45,311 nucleotides of DNA, from the IMG/VR virus record IMGVR_UViG_3300005137_000002, positions 1 through 45,311 of that record. One strand, 5' to 3'. Below, piece after piece: positions 1 through 8,021 of this stretch (position 1 is the first letter of the stretch; every line of letters begins with the position of its first letter). The stretch comes from a virus. Both the position numbers and the translations under genes were made by a program. The notes beneath the pieces are model-generated. The model was given only the letters and a program-made list of their open reading frames with translations, searched no databases and was not told the DNA's origin.

Positions 1-120
1 AAAACGAAACTACAAGAATTTGAAAAACGTTGGTTCAGGTGTGCATAAATGCAGGCAGGGGATGGCGATCGCGCTTTACACGCGCACATACCATCCCCGG
101 CGGTGCAAAAGGATTGCCAA
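1..120. repeat. Direct terminal repeat, copy 1 (identical to 45192-45311)
   Basis: Base-by-base comparison shows 120/120 identity. The repeat touches both window edges and contains the 3' end of the minus-strand ORF 76-1188. Confidence 0.95.
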
Positions 121-1188
121 TACAGACCAGAACAGCAAAAAGAACAGCGCGTAATTCAATTTTGGATCTCCCGGAAAGAGCGATATTCCATCGATCAGCA
201 TTTGCCGGATGGTGCCGGACATTTCGTTGATGCTCAAGTGAGCCAGCACGGATGCGAGCAGGTATTTTCCGAAGTAGACGAGCAGGCTATTGCGGCCGAA
301 GGCTTCCAGAAGATACAGACCGGGCCCGGCAAGGCGTTTTAATGTCCGGGACGGCCTTGCATCGAACAGCAAGAAAAGAAAAGCCGAAAGAAGGATGGCC
401 ACCCCGGAAGTCAAAGAAGCAAAGGCCGGCGTCCACAACCGTTTGCCTATCGGAGCAAAGTACGTCAATAAGGGAGTGGCCAGCAAAAGGGCGGCGCCAA
501 GAAGTAACAGGAGGCTGCTCTTTTTCTTTTGCTTCGGGTTCATAATGATACGCCCGGCGGCTGCTCCCAAAAATATGTTGGCCAAAGCGCTGAACATGAC
601 AGCCACCCCTTCAGGGTCGTATCCTTTGGTCCCTTGGTGATATAGGTGCGAAAGTCCGAAAACAGCGGCGTCGATTTTTGATAAAGGGTTGCAATCAGGC
701 CAAATGACACCTTCAGCACACGGTTTTCCGGCAAAATAAAGCACCCCGCCATAAGTCAACATCACAATGGCCGCCGCAATCACGGGAAACTGCCATGTCC
801 TGTTCAGGCTCAAAACCAGAACGGCGACTAAGCCGGAAACTGCGAACAATTGAAGCACTCCAGTGAACCGCCATGTGTCCGGATCGACATTCCAGTGAAC
901 AACGGCATTGTACAAGAGGCCGATCAATATGAAAAGGACAGTCCTTCGGATCACTTTCTTCCATCGAATCCCGTAAAAATATGCAATCCCCATGCCTAAA
1001 CCAAACAGAGTGACGAAAGCCGGAAAGATAAGATCAATCACAGTTATTCCGTACCATTCGGCGTGACGGAGTAAAGGGTATCCACCGGGAAGGATATGAC
1101 TGAGCAGCACTGATAAGGCCACAACACATCCCCTGGCAATGTCCACGGAATAAATGCGTTTGGATCTGGCAGATTGTGATGTTTCCAT
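76..1188 (-). CDS. Integral-membrane acyltransferase (HGSNAT/DUF1624-like or acyltransferase-3-like); candidate lysogenic-conversion gene
   Basis: 370 aa with about ten hydrophobic segments. N-terminal R-x-YSVDIARG motif is typical of these membrane acyltransferases. GGGAGGGG SD lies just upstream of the ATG, and no terminator separates it from int. Confidence 0.55.
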   Translation of the reverse strand: METSQSARSKRIYSVDIARGCVVALSVLLSHILPGGYPLLRHAEWYGITVIDLIFPAFVTLFGLGMGIAYFYGIRWKKVIRRTVLFILIGLLYNAVVHWNVDPDTWRFTGVLQLFAVSGLVAVLVLSLNRTWQFPVIAAAIVMLTYGGVLYFAGKPCAEGVIWPDCNPLSKIDAAVFGLSHLYHQGTKGYDPEGVAVMFSALANIFLGAAAGRIIMNPKQKKKSSLLLLLGAALLLATPLLTYFAPIGKRLWTPAFASLTSGVAILLSAFLFLLFDARPSRTLKRLAGPGLYLLEAFGRNSLLVYFGKYLLASVLAHLSINEMSGTIRQMLIDGISLFPGDPKLNYALFFLLFWSVLAILLHRRGWYVRV

Positions 1189-1227
1189 GTTCCCCTCCCA
1201 CTTCAGTGAACCTCAAAAAATAAAAAA

Positions 1228-2637
1228 TCACACGTTCCAAATGATTTCAGGTTCACGATCCGGATGTATGATGATCTGGTTAATCACTATCCGGAGGACT
1301 TCCTGCCTTTCCTCAAACGTCAAGTAGTCCCACGCTTTACCAATCGTTTTCAGTTCCTCGATCAATTCTGTTGTATTGTCTTCCTTCGGTACATCTTCCT
1401 CGCTTAACCTTTCAAGGATTTTCCGCTTTTCTTCCTCCAATGCGTCAATCCGTCCCTTTAATTGCGCCGGATCGATAACTCCCTGCTCAAAGGCCGTATA
1501 CCACCGTTCAAGCTTTCGATTCACGTCTTCCAGAGCTTTTTCGAGTTCCTCAATGACTGCAAGACGTTCATCCGTCACTGAAACCTGTTTTTCGATCTCT
1601 TGCCTGACGACATCAGGATTCAGAGAGATCCGCTTGATCGCATCGGATACCCATGCGTCCATTTCTTCCATCCTTTTGTATGGTAAAGTGCATGACGTTG
1701 GCCGATCTTTCCGCCTGACGTGCCTTGCCTGACAGGCGTAGTAATGGTAGGACTTGCTTTTGTCATTCCATTTACTGTGCCTGATGACATGGATCACTTT
1801 CGAGCCACAAACGCCACAGCGAAGCAGTCCTGAGAGCAAATAATCTCCCGTTGGCGGAGCGCCGTCTTTGCGTCTTTGGATTTCTTTTTGTGCTCGCTCG
1901 AACGTTTCCATGTCTACGATCGCCTCATGATTTCCTCTTACGAGAACTCCATCGTTATTAAGGTAGCCTGCATAGATCGGACGCTTTAACATGTCCCTGA
2001 CAATGTTATGGGTGAAAATCCGGACATTGGTCTTGCTATTCAACCATTCTGCTATCGAAAGATACGAGTGGCCGCGTAAAAGTCTTGAATAAGCCTCGCG
2101 GATCAATTCTGCTTCATCTGGAACGACTTCCAGCATTTGCTTTTCTTTGTTCCAGCGGTATCCGAATGGAATGCGGCCTCCATACCAAAGGCCGCGCCGG
2201 ATTCTTTGCCGTCGGCCTGCCGTCACCCTCTCGATGATGGTGTCACGTTCAAGCTGGGCGAAAACGGCAAGGATTCCTAACATGGCTTTGCCCAATGGCG
2301 TGCTGGTGTCAAAGGGCTCGGTGGCCGATTTAAAGGTCACGCCGTTTGCATCGAAAATGTCTTCCAGCAAAAAAAGGACATCTTTTTGCCGCCTACCAAG
2401 CCGATCCAGCTTGTACACCACGACGGTCTGAATCAATCCTTGCTCAATGTGACGGATCATCCGTTTTAAGGCAGGCCTGTCCATGTTCGTGCCGGTGAAT
2501 CCGTCGTCTATGTAAAACTGATAATCAGTCCAACCCTGAGACCTGCAATATGCTTCCAAGCGCTCCCGTTGGTTCTCGATTGAATACCCTTGCTGCGCCT
2601 GTTCATCGGTAGAAACTCTGCAATAAAGAGCGATCAT
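1228..2637 (-). CDS. int: Large serine recombinase (phage integrase)
   Basis: 469 aa. Resolvase-type N-terminus (ALYCRVSTDEQ, YSIENQ, YKLDRLGRR), then a recombinase domain, a Cys-rich zinc ribbon (CGVCGSK...) and a C-terminal coiled coil. Confidence 0.9.
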   Translation of the reverse strand: MIALYCRVSTDEQAQQGYSIENQRERLEAYCRSQGWTDYQFYIDDGFTGTNMDRPALKRMIRHIEQGLIQTVVVYKLDRLGRRQKDVLFLLEDIFDANGVTFKSATEPFDTSTPLGKAMLGILAVFAQLERDTIIERVTAGRRQRIRRGLWYGGRIPFGYRWNKEKQMLEVVPDEAELIREAYSRLLRGHSYLSIAEWLNSKTNVRIFTHNIVRDMLKRPIYAGYLNNDGVLVRGNHEAIVDMETFERAQKEIQRRKDGAPPTGDYLLSGLLRCGVCGSKVIHVIRHSKWNDKSKSYHYYACQARHVRRKDRPTSCTLPYKRMEEMDAWVSDAIKRISLNPDVVRQEIEKQVSVTDERLAVIEELEKALEDVNRKLERWYTAFEQGVIDPAQLKGRIDALEEEKRKILERLSEEDVPKEDNTTELIEELKTIGKAWDYLTFEERQEVLRIVINQIIIHPDREPEIIWNV

Positions 2638-2671
2638 TATTCCGTTTCCTTTCGATGTCAGAAAGGTATAG

Positions 2672-3094
2672 TTAAACGATTACTTTTAGTTTTGCGACTT
2701 CTAAAGGGACACCGCAGGCAGCAGCGGCTTGGGGAAGTGTCTGATATTCCTTGATGACGTCATCAGGCATTAGTAATTCAACGGCAAACTTGTTTGCCTC
2801 GCGTTCGAGCCTGTCAACGGAAAAAAAGGTGTGGCGTTGGATAAAGGGTGTATTTTCCTTTTGATGCAAAACGGCATGGCCGAGTTCATGCGCGCAGACA
2901 AAACGCTGCATTTGCTCGTCCAAGCCGTTATTGATGTGGATGAAGCAGTGGCGTTTGTATGTCTGGAAAAAACCGTAAACGTTTCCAAGCGGAGCAAACA
3001 AAACGACGATGTTTTTGTGTTCAGCGATTTGGAAAGGACAAGAAGTTTTGTAAGTCCATACCAGACGTTGAACGGTTTTTTTTATAAGGTTCAT
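2672..3094 (-). CDS. immA: ImmA/IrrE-family zinc metallopeptidase (anti-repressor protease)
   Basis: 140 aa with HEXXH motif (AHELGHAVLH). It starts 11 nt after the stop of the XRE repressor gene, and an AGGGGAG SD is present. Confidence 0.85.
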   Translation of the reverse strand: MNLIKKTVQRLVWTYKTSCPFQIAEHKNIVVLFAPLGNVYGFFQTYKRHCFIHINNGLDEQMQRFVCAHELGHAVLHQKENTPFIQRHTFFSVDRLEREANKFAVELLMPDDVIKEYQTLPQAAAACGVPLEVAKLKVIV

Positions 3095-3105
3095 GCCAAA
3101 CTCCC

Positions 3106-3561
3106 CTATTTCCGGTATTTCTTGGGTGTGAATTTGGCTTTTGCAAGTTGCTTTGCAAGCCTCATGGAGTTTTCAAGCGAGATTTTGATTAACTCTTTTG
3201 TCTCATCGTCAATTGGCTCGCCATAAAAGGCTAACGCCTCTTTGCTTTCAAGACTGGCCATGATTTTTTCCAGATCCCGTGCAATGTCCCGCTTATCCTT
3301 TTCGGTAAGTGGGGGGAGTTTGTTTTTCGGACTTTCTGGTGGCGTCGGATCGTCAGTGCGGCCAAGGATATAATCGACACTGACGCCAAAGATTTCTGCG
3401 AGCTTCATAAGCAGATCATTGTCTAGTCCTTTTTTTCCTGCCTCAATCCTAGACAACACACTGTTATGAATCCCTAGCTTTTCCGCCAGATAAAGCTGTG
3501 ACCAGTCTCGATTTTCGCGAAGCCATCTGATTCTTTCCCCAACACCCACGGATACCACCAC
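3106..3561 (-). CDS. immR: XRE-family HTH repressor (ImmR/CI-like)
   Basis: 151 aa. N-terminal HTH (GERIRWLRENRDWSQLYLAEKLGIHNSVLSRIEAG). Divergent from the early operon. Start is GTG 3561, or possibly the in-frame GTG at 3549, which has a GGTGGT SD. Confidence 0.8.
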   Translation of the reverse strand: MVVSVGVGERIRWLRENRDWSQLYLAEKLGIHNSVLSRIEAGKKGLDNDLLMKLAEIFGVSVDYILGRTDDPTPPESPKNKLPPLTEKDKRDIARDLEKIMASLESKEALAFYGEPIDDETKELIKISLENSMRLAKQLAKAKFTPKKYRK

Positions 3562-3580
3562 TTTCTATATCGGCAAAGAC

Positions 3581-3608
3581 ATTTTATCATCATTTTCTGT
3601 TTTGGAAA
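3581..3608 (-). promoter_or_regulatory. Candidate lysogeny promoter for immR-immA-int-acyltransferase
   Basis: Minus strand reads TTTCCA, 16 nt, TGATAAAAT (extended -10). The -35 is weak and the leader is short. Confidence 0.35.
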
Positions 3609-3615
3609 CTATTTT

Positions 3616-3630
3616 TTGCTGATTAGACAA
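3616..3630. promoter_or_regulatory. Operator-like site TTGCT-N5-GACAA (copy 1)
   Basis: ttgctgattagacaa, located 10 bp upstream of the -35 of the early promoter. The same pattern recurs at 3684-3698. Confidence 0.35.
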
Positions 3631-3639
3631 AAATTATCG

Positions 3640-3668
3640 TTGACATTTCCAGATTGGCAAAGTATTAT
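3640..3668 (+). promoter_or_regulatory. Early lytic promoter (sigma-A type)
   Basis: TTGACA (3640-3645), 17-nt spacer, TATTAT (3663-3668). It points at the Cro-like gene. Confidence 0.7.
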
Positions 3669-3683
3669 TTTTTTCAGTAGGGT

Positions 3684-3698
3684 TTGCTAAAATGACAA
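3684..3698. promoter_or_regulatory. Operator-like site TTGCT-N5-GACAA (copy 2)
   Basis: ttgctaaaatgacaa, just downstream of the -10 of the early promoter. Confidence 0.35.
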
Positions 3699-3742
3699 AA
3701 TACACTCGAGGTTTTGTTGTTGCGTCAAAAGGAGGTGTCAAC

Positions 3743-3985
3743 ATGAAAGGCCTAAACCTTGAATTCATCTCCAAAAGACGTTTGGAGTTGAACATAACCC
3801 TGCAAGAGATGGCGGAGGCACTTGGCTTCAAGAATGCTTCGACATACATGAAATACGAAAAAGGCGAATACGCCTTCAAAGCTAATCAGCTTCCTATTAT
3901 CGCCAAGATGCTTCAATGCCATGCAGAGGAACTGTTCCATGAGGGCAGTTTTGCCCAAGAAGCAGAGAGGCAGACAACAGCATGA
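3743..3985 (+). CDS. Cro-like XRE-family HTH protein
   Basis: HTH segment LELNITLQEMAEALGFKNASTYMKYEKG. The ATG at 3743 follows AAAGGAGG; the track ORF start at 3692 lacks an SD. Confidence 0.7.
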   Translation: MKGLNLEFISKRRLELNITLQEMAEALGFKNASTYMKYEKGEYAFKANQLPIIAKMLQCHAEELFHEGSFAQEAERQTTA

Positions 3986-4045
3986 AAGCTGGACAATCAG
4001 TGCCTCATACAATGTCACATAACCTGCTGCGGGGAGGGGAGGGGA

Positions 4046-4180
4046 ATGGATCAAATAAAGCTGAAGCCGGAAGCCATGCGCCTAGTTACGCAAATATGCG
4101 TCAGAGCAATGCTGCGAGCAAAGAAGGAAAGGGAGAACAAGCAGGAACAGACAGCAGAAAAGAAGGTTGCCGGATCTTAA
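4046..4180 (+). CDS. Small hypothetical protein (44 aa)
   Basis: ATG preceded by GGAGGGGAGGGG. The helical-looking product (MDQIKLKPEAMRLVTQICVRAML...) seems more protein-like than the overlapping low-complexity 76-aa track ORF. A 7-bp hairpin follows. Confidence 0.25.
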   Translation: MDQIKLKPEAMRLVTQICVRAMLRAKKERENKQEQTAEKKVAGS

Positions 4181-4266
4181 TTCCGGCACGGCGGACAAGC
4201 CTAATGCCATAATAATCCGATTATCCGGCTGATTGTATTCCGTTTTGGAATGAAGGGGGGTATCAA

Positions 4267-4515
4267 ATGTCGAAAGTGGGAGCGCTTCTTCGTGCTTGCC
4301 GCGAAAGAGCAGGACTTAGCCAAGAGGAATTGGCTTATTTGCTGAATCGCTCGCAGTCTTGCATATCCAAATTCGAGATGGACAAAAAGATTCCAGATAT
4401 TTACACATTCTCGCAATGGATTCAGATCACGCAGGCGCATGAAGTGGCAATCGCTTTCTTGTATGGAATGGATGGCATCAGCATCTTGTACCGACTCTTA
4501 TCGTTCTTTGGTTAG
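4267..4515 (+). CDS. XRE-family HTH protein
   Basis: 82 aa with LRACRERAGLSQEELAYLLNRSQSCISKFEMD. GAAGGGGGG SD. Confidence 0.7.
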   Translation: MSKVGALLRACRERAGLSQEELAYLLNRSQSCISKFEMDKKIPDIYTFSQWIQITQAHEVAIAFLYGMDGISILYRLLSFFG

Positions 4516-4529
4516 GAGGTTGGGAGGAT

Positions 4530-4709
4530 ATGATGATGAAGGTTAAGCTGCTGCCGAATGACCAGAAGAAGGTTGAACGCATCATCGAGTGGCTTAACAA
4601 TCCGGAGAACGGAGGTTCCGATGATGCCAAGTGGACGAAAGAGGATCTCCCTATTATCGTTTCAATGGCCTTGAATGCACTGGCTGACAAGCTGGGGGTC
4701 ATGGAATGA
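4530..4709 (+). CDS. Small hypothetical protein (59 aa, below the ORF-track cutoff)
   Basis: AGGAGGTTGGGAGGA SD then ATG at 4530. I read the frame by hand to TGA 4707-4709, which overlaps the next ATG (ATGA). Confidence 0.45.
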   Translation: MMMKVKLLPNDQKKVERIIEWLNNPENGGSDDAKWTKEDLPIIVSMALNALADKLGVME

Positions 4710-4900
4710 TCGTAAAATTCGCCATATGGGCAGCACTCGGATTTGTTTGTTTGGTTGTTGGAAAGAAAACCTTGCCGGATGTGGCAGACATCTTTCGAGA
4801 GTATGAATTTTTCAGTTGGCTTAAAAGCAATTGGAGGGGATGGAAGGATGGCTTTCTGTTTAAGATGCAGCAGGCCGTTATCAGATTCAGGAAGTATTGA
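4706..4900 (+). CDS. Small membrane protein (64 aa), hypothetical
   Basis: N-terminal hydrophobic helix (FAIWAALGFVCLVVG). ATGA overlap with the upstream ORF and a GGGGG SD 7 nt upstream. It overlaps the next gene by 53 nt, so this is uncertain. Confidence 0.4.
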   Translation: MIVKFAIWAALGFVCLVVGKKTLPDVADIFREYEFFSWLKSNWRGWKDGFLFKMQQAVIRFRKY

Positions 4901-5282
4901 GAGAGGTTTTGGTCCTGTCTGTTGGACAAAGGTTCAGGCGGAGAAGGGAGCAGAAAAGGCCAAGGAAGGAAACGGCGGATCAGGATTTTATGACGGCGGT
5001 GACATCGTATTACGTCGCGTTGATGGACAAGCCATCGCCAATGTTCCGCACGCCATTGTGCGCCATAGTCCATCAGGTTTTGAGTGGGGATACGGAGGCA
5101 GTGGTCCGGCAGACTTGGCGCTAAATATCTTGCTTGCCGTTACCGGAAACAAAAAGGTTGCTGAAGCACATTATCAGGAATTCAAGTGGGACTTTGTTGC
5201 GAGAATGCCGGAAGCAGGGGGAGTGATTAGAAAGGACGAGATCATTCAATGGCTGCAACAACGTGGATACAAACAAAAATGA
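4848..5282 (+). CDS. Hypothetical protein with N-terminal C-x2-C...GFGPVC motif
   Basis: ATG 4848 follows GGAGGGGA. The CLRCSRPLSDSGSIERGFGPVCW motif and the following conserved-looking domain (HSPSGFEWGYGGSGPADLA) resemble phage DUF families from memory only. Confidence 0.55.
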   Translation: MAFCLRCSRPLSDSGSIERGFGPVCWTKVQAEKGAEKAKEGNGGSGFYDGGDIVLRRVDGQAIANVPHAIVRHSPSGFEWGYGGSGPADLALNILLAVTGNKKVAEAHYQEFKWDFVARMPEAGGVIRKDEIIQWLQQRGYKQK

Positions 5283-5366
5283 CCCGCCTGAAGGCGAGCC
5301 ATTATCCTACCTGACAACAGAATACCACATCTGAATCATGAAATCCAGGGAGGCTACAAACTTTTT

Positions 5367-5484
5367 CGGCAAGGGAATGGCCTTGCCGATGGGCGCCTTG
5401 CCACCCACGCCGCTCACCTTTCCCGTTCCCATACCTCATTCCATCCTTCGCGGCAAGGCGTCCATCGGTGCGGCTATTCGCACC
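5367..5484 (+). promoter_or_regulatory. Structured untranslated region with alternative pairings, upstream of the AbrB-like gene
   Basis: CGGCAAGG 5367-5374 pairs with CCTTGCCG 5381-5388. CGCCTTGCC 5394-5402 pairs with GGCAAGGCG 5452-5460. Hairpin GGTGCG/CGCACC at 5467-5484. No SD-led ORF. Confidence 0.3.
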
Positions 5485-5514
5485 AGACAATCCAGAATAC
5501 GGGGGTGAAACACT

Positions 5515-5757
5515 GTGCAGCCGACCGGAATCGTGCGAAAACTTGATGACCTTGGGAGGATTGTCATTCCCAAGTCAATGCGAAAAGCCCGAGGGATGGT
5601 AGTCGGTGATCCCATTGAATTCTACGTCAACGGGGACGACATCATCTTGAGGAAGTACGTTCCAGGATGCATTTTCTGTGGCGGAACGGAACGCATCACG
5701 ATGTTCCGGGACAAGAGAGTGTGCCAACAATGTAAAGACGGCATTGGGCAAGTGTGA
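5515..5757 (+). CDS. AbrB/MazE/SpoVT-family DNA-binding protein with C-terminal Cys4 ribbon
   Basis: GIVRKLDDLGRIVIPKSMRKARGM...GDPIEF is the canonical AbrB-type swapped-hairpin N-terminus. C-terminal CIFCGG...CQQC. GTG start after GGGGGTGA. Confidence 0.85.
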   Translation: MQPTGIVRKLDDLGRIVIPKSMRKARGMVVGDPIEFYVNGDDIILRKYVPGCIFCGGTERITMFRDKRVCQQCKDGIGQV

Positions 5758-5766
5758 AAACAAAAA

Positions 5767-5786
5767 GATCGCGCAAAAGCGCGATC
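5767..5786 (+). other. Perfect 8-bp stem hairpin after the AbrB-like gene
   Basis: gatcgcgc-aaaa-gcgcgatc. There is an A-tract upstream and no T-tract downstream. A further 8-bp long-range pairing links 5787-5794 with 5828-5835. Confidence 0.4.
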
Positions 5787-5859
5787 GAGGCGGTAAAAAA
5801 ATATCCATGTCAAAGCAAGAATAGCACACCGCCTCCATTCCAGCAAGGGAGGGGAAGCA

Positions 5860-6042
5860 GTGGCACGCAAGCAAAGGGTTTCAGTCGAAATCCCGTTCAG
5901 CGTACGGGCTCAGGATCAGCGGAATTTATCAAAAGTTGGAGGTTACATCGCCATCAAGGAAAACGGGAAAACGGTGTTCAAGTTCGACACCATCGAAAGC
6001 TACGAGAAGTATCTGGAATTGCAAAGGGGGACATCTGCATGA
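5860..6042 (+). CDS. Hypothetical protein (60 aa)
   Basis: GTG start after AAGGGAGGGG. The stop overlaps the ATG of the next gene (ATGA at 6039-6042). Confidence 0.5.
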   Translation: MARKQRVSVEIPFSVRAQDQRNLSKVGGYIAIKENGKTVFKFDTIESYEKYLELQRGTSA

Positions 6043-8021
6043 ATCACGTTCGATTGATCCGGCTGACAGCCCGGAATTTTAAGGGCATCAGGGAATTTTC
6101 CCTTGATGCCCGTGGGCTGGATGTTTCCGTGTACGGTGACAACGCAACGGGGAAAACAACGCTATTTGACGCGTTCTTGTGGACACTTTTTGACAAGGAC
6201 AGCGAAGGCCGTTCCGATTTTGCAGTCAAGACGCTGGACAAGGACGGCAATGTTCTGCATGGGCTGGATCACGAAGTCGAAGCCGTGCTGGACGTTTCCG
6301 GGAAGCAAATCACTTTCCGCAAAGTCTACCGCGAAAAGTGGACAAAAAAGCGCGGCTCGGCAACGGCAGAATTCACGGGACATGAGACGGATTACTACGT
6401 CAACGGCGTGCCCGTGAAGCAGAAAGAGTACAAGGAAAAAGTGGCGGAAATCATTGACGAGAACGCGTTTAAGCTGCTTACCAATCCTGCACATTTCAAT
6501 GAGCAATTGAAGTGGCAGGAGCGCAGGAAAATCCTCATGGAAGTGTGCGGGGACGTATCCTTTGAGGATGTTGTCAACTCGAACAAAGCCTTGGCAATAC
6601 TCCCGGACATCCTGAACGGGAACAGCGTGGAGGAACATAAGAGGATTGTGAACGAGCGTAGAAAGATGATCAACCGAGAATTGGAGAAGATCCCAATCCG
6701 GATCGATGAGGTTCAGCGGTCGATCCCGGAGCTTCCAGAGACAGACGAGGATTTACTTGCCGCGCGGATTGAGGCTATGCGGGAGGAAATCGGCGAAAAG
6801 GAGGCCGAGATCCAGCGAATCAAATCCGGAGGCGAGGTTGCAGTCAAGGAAAAACGCCTGCGGGAAATCGAGGCTGAACTCATCGAGATCAAAAACCGCG
6901 TGCAGGCCGGCACAATCGAACGGATGACAGAACAACGACTGGAAGTATCGAGGCTGACACAAGAGTTGGCCGGAATCCAGTCGCAAATCAAGGACAAGCA
7001 GGCAGCATGGAGCAAAAACGAGAGACTGATCGAGGAATTAAAGGCCGAAGCGAACGCGCTTCGGGAAAAGTGGAAGGAAATCAACGCAGAGCAGTTTGAG
7101 CATGAACAGGATACCCATTGCCCGACGTGTGGACAGGCCTTGCCGGAGGATCAGATCCTGTTGGCCCATCAAAAGGCCGAAGCAGAATTCAACCGCCGGA
7201 AGGCTGAGCGCCTAGAGGAAATTGCCAAGATGGGCAAGCGGAAAATGGATGAAGTCAGGGCTCTTGAAGAAGCGAATGAGAAAATCCTTGACGAACTTGC
7301 GTCACTCAAGATGGACGCAGAACTCAAGGAATCAGAATTACAGCGTGCACAAATCAAGCTGGATGAAATCCGGGCATCCATGACCGACGTTGAGGCAGAT
7401 CCGGAGTACATCAAGAAGAAACAGGAAAAGGCTGACATCGAACAGGAAATCAAGAGCTTGCGCCTGTCGGTTCATGAGGCCGTCGCCAAGGCAAGCAATG
7501 AACTCACGAGCTTGCGCGCGCAGGTGCAAGAACTTGAACGCGAAAAGGCCAAGTTTGAGCAGGTGCGAGCCGCAGAGGAACGGATCAAGGAATTGCAGGA
7601 AGAAGAAAGACGTCTTGCCGACGAATACGAACAGCTTGAGCATGAACTTTTCATGCTTGAAGAATTCATCCGAACCAAGGTTAACCTGCTGGAAGAACGG
7701 ATCAACAGCAAGTTTAAGCTTGCGAGGTTCAAACTCTTTGAACAGCAGATCAACGGAGGGCTTCAAGAAGTCTGTGAAACGATGGTTGACGGCGTGCCAT
7801 ACAACAGCATGAACAACGCCGCAAGGATAAACGTGGGGCTGGACATCATCAATACACTTTCGGAACATTTTGGCTTCTCGGCACCCATCTTCATTGACAA
7901 TGCCGAGGCAGTCACCAACCTTCTGCCAACCATTGGCCAACAGATACGGTTGGTCGTCAGCGAAAAAGACAAACAGCTTCGCGTGGAATTGGAAGACGAA
8001 AAAATCAAGGAGGCGGTATAG
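6039..8021 (+). CDS. SMC/Rad50/SbcC-like AAA ATPase with long coiled coil (recombination module)
   Basis: N-terminal RNFKGI...VYGDNATGKTTLFDA Walker A, about 400 aa of heptad-rich coiled coil with a central CPTCGQ hook-like motif, and a C-terminal IFIDNAEA Walker B/D-loop. The start at 6039 is in frame with track ORF 5754; the N-terminal extension has no SD. Confidence 0.8.
   Translation: MNHVRLIRLTARNFKGIREFSLDARGLDVSVYGDNATGKTTLFDAFLWTLFDKDSEGRSDFAVKTLDKDGNVLHGLDHEVEAVLDVSGKQITFRKVYREKWTKKRGSATAEFTGHETDYYVNGVPVKQKEYKEKVAEIIDENAFKLLTNPAHFNEQLKWQERRKILMEVCGDVSFEDVVNSNKALAILPDILNGNSVEEHKRIVNERRKMINRELEKIPIRIDEVQRSIPELPETDEDLLAARIEAMREEIGEKEAEIQRIKSGGEVAVKEKRLREIEAELIEIKNRVQAGTIERMTEQRLEVSRLTQELAGIQSQIKDKQAAWSKNERLIEELKAEANALREKWKEINAEQFEHEQDTHCPTCGQALPEDQILLAHQKAEAEFNRRKAERLEEIAKMGKRKMDEVRALEEANEKILDELASLKMDAELKESELQRAQIKLDEIRASMTDVEADPEYIKKKQEKADIEQEIKSLRLSVHEAVAKASNELTSLRAQVQELEREKAKFEQVRAAEERIKELQEEERRLADEYEQLEHELFMLEEFIRTKVNLLEERINSKFKLARFKLFEQQINGGLQEVCETMVDGVPYNSMNNAARINVGLDIINTLSEHFGFSAPIFIDNAEAVTNLLPTIGQQIRLVVSEKDKQLRVELEDEKIKEAV

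Noticed and set aside
3982-4212. 76-aa plus-strand track ORF
   Set aside because: The product is low-complexity (Gly/Ser/Ala/Lys-rich) and has no SD. The overlapping SD-led 44-aa frame (4046-4180) is a marginally better candidate, though still weak.
5338-5508. 56-aa ORF inside the structured intergenic region
   Set aside because: There is no SD before the ATG and the product is Pro/Gly/Ala-rich and low-complexity. The region is better explained as untranslated structured RNA.
5754-6038. 95-aa N-terminal extension of the SMC-like ATPase ORF as drawn in the track
   Set aside because: The extension is low-complexity (Arg/Ser/Gly-rich) and overlaps the better-supported 5860-6042 ORF in another frame. 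The conserved ATPase N-terminus begins at the SD-led ATG at 6039.
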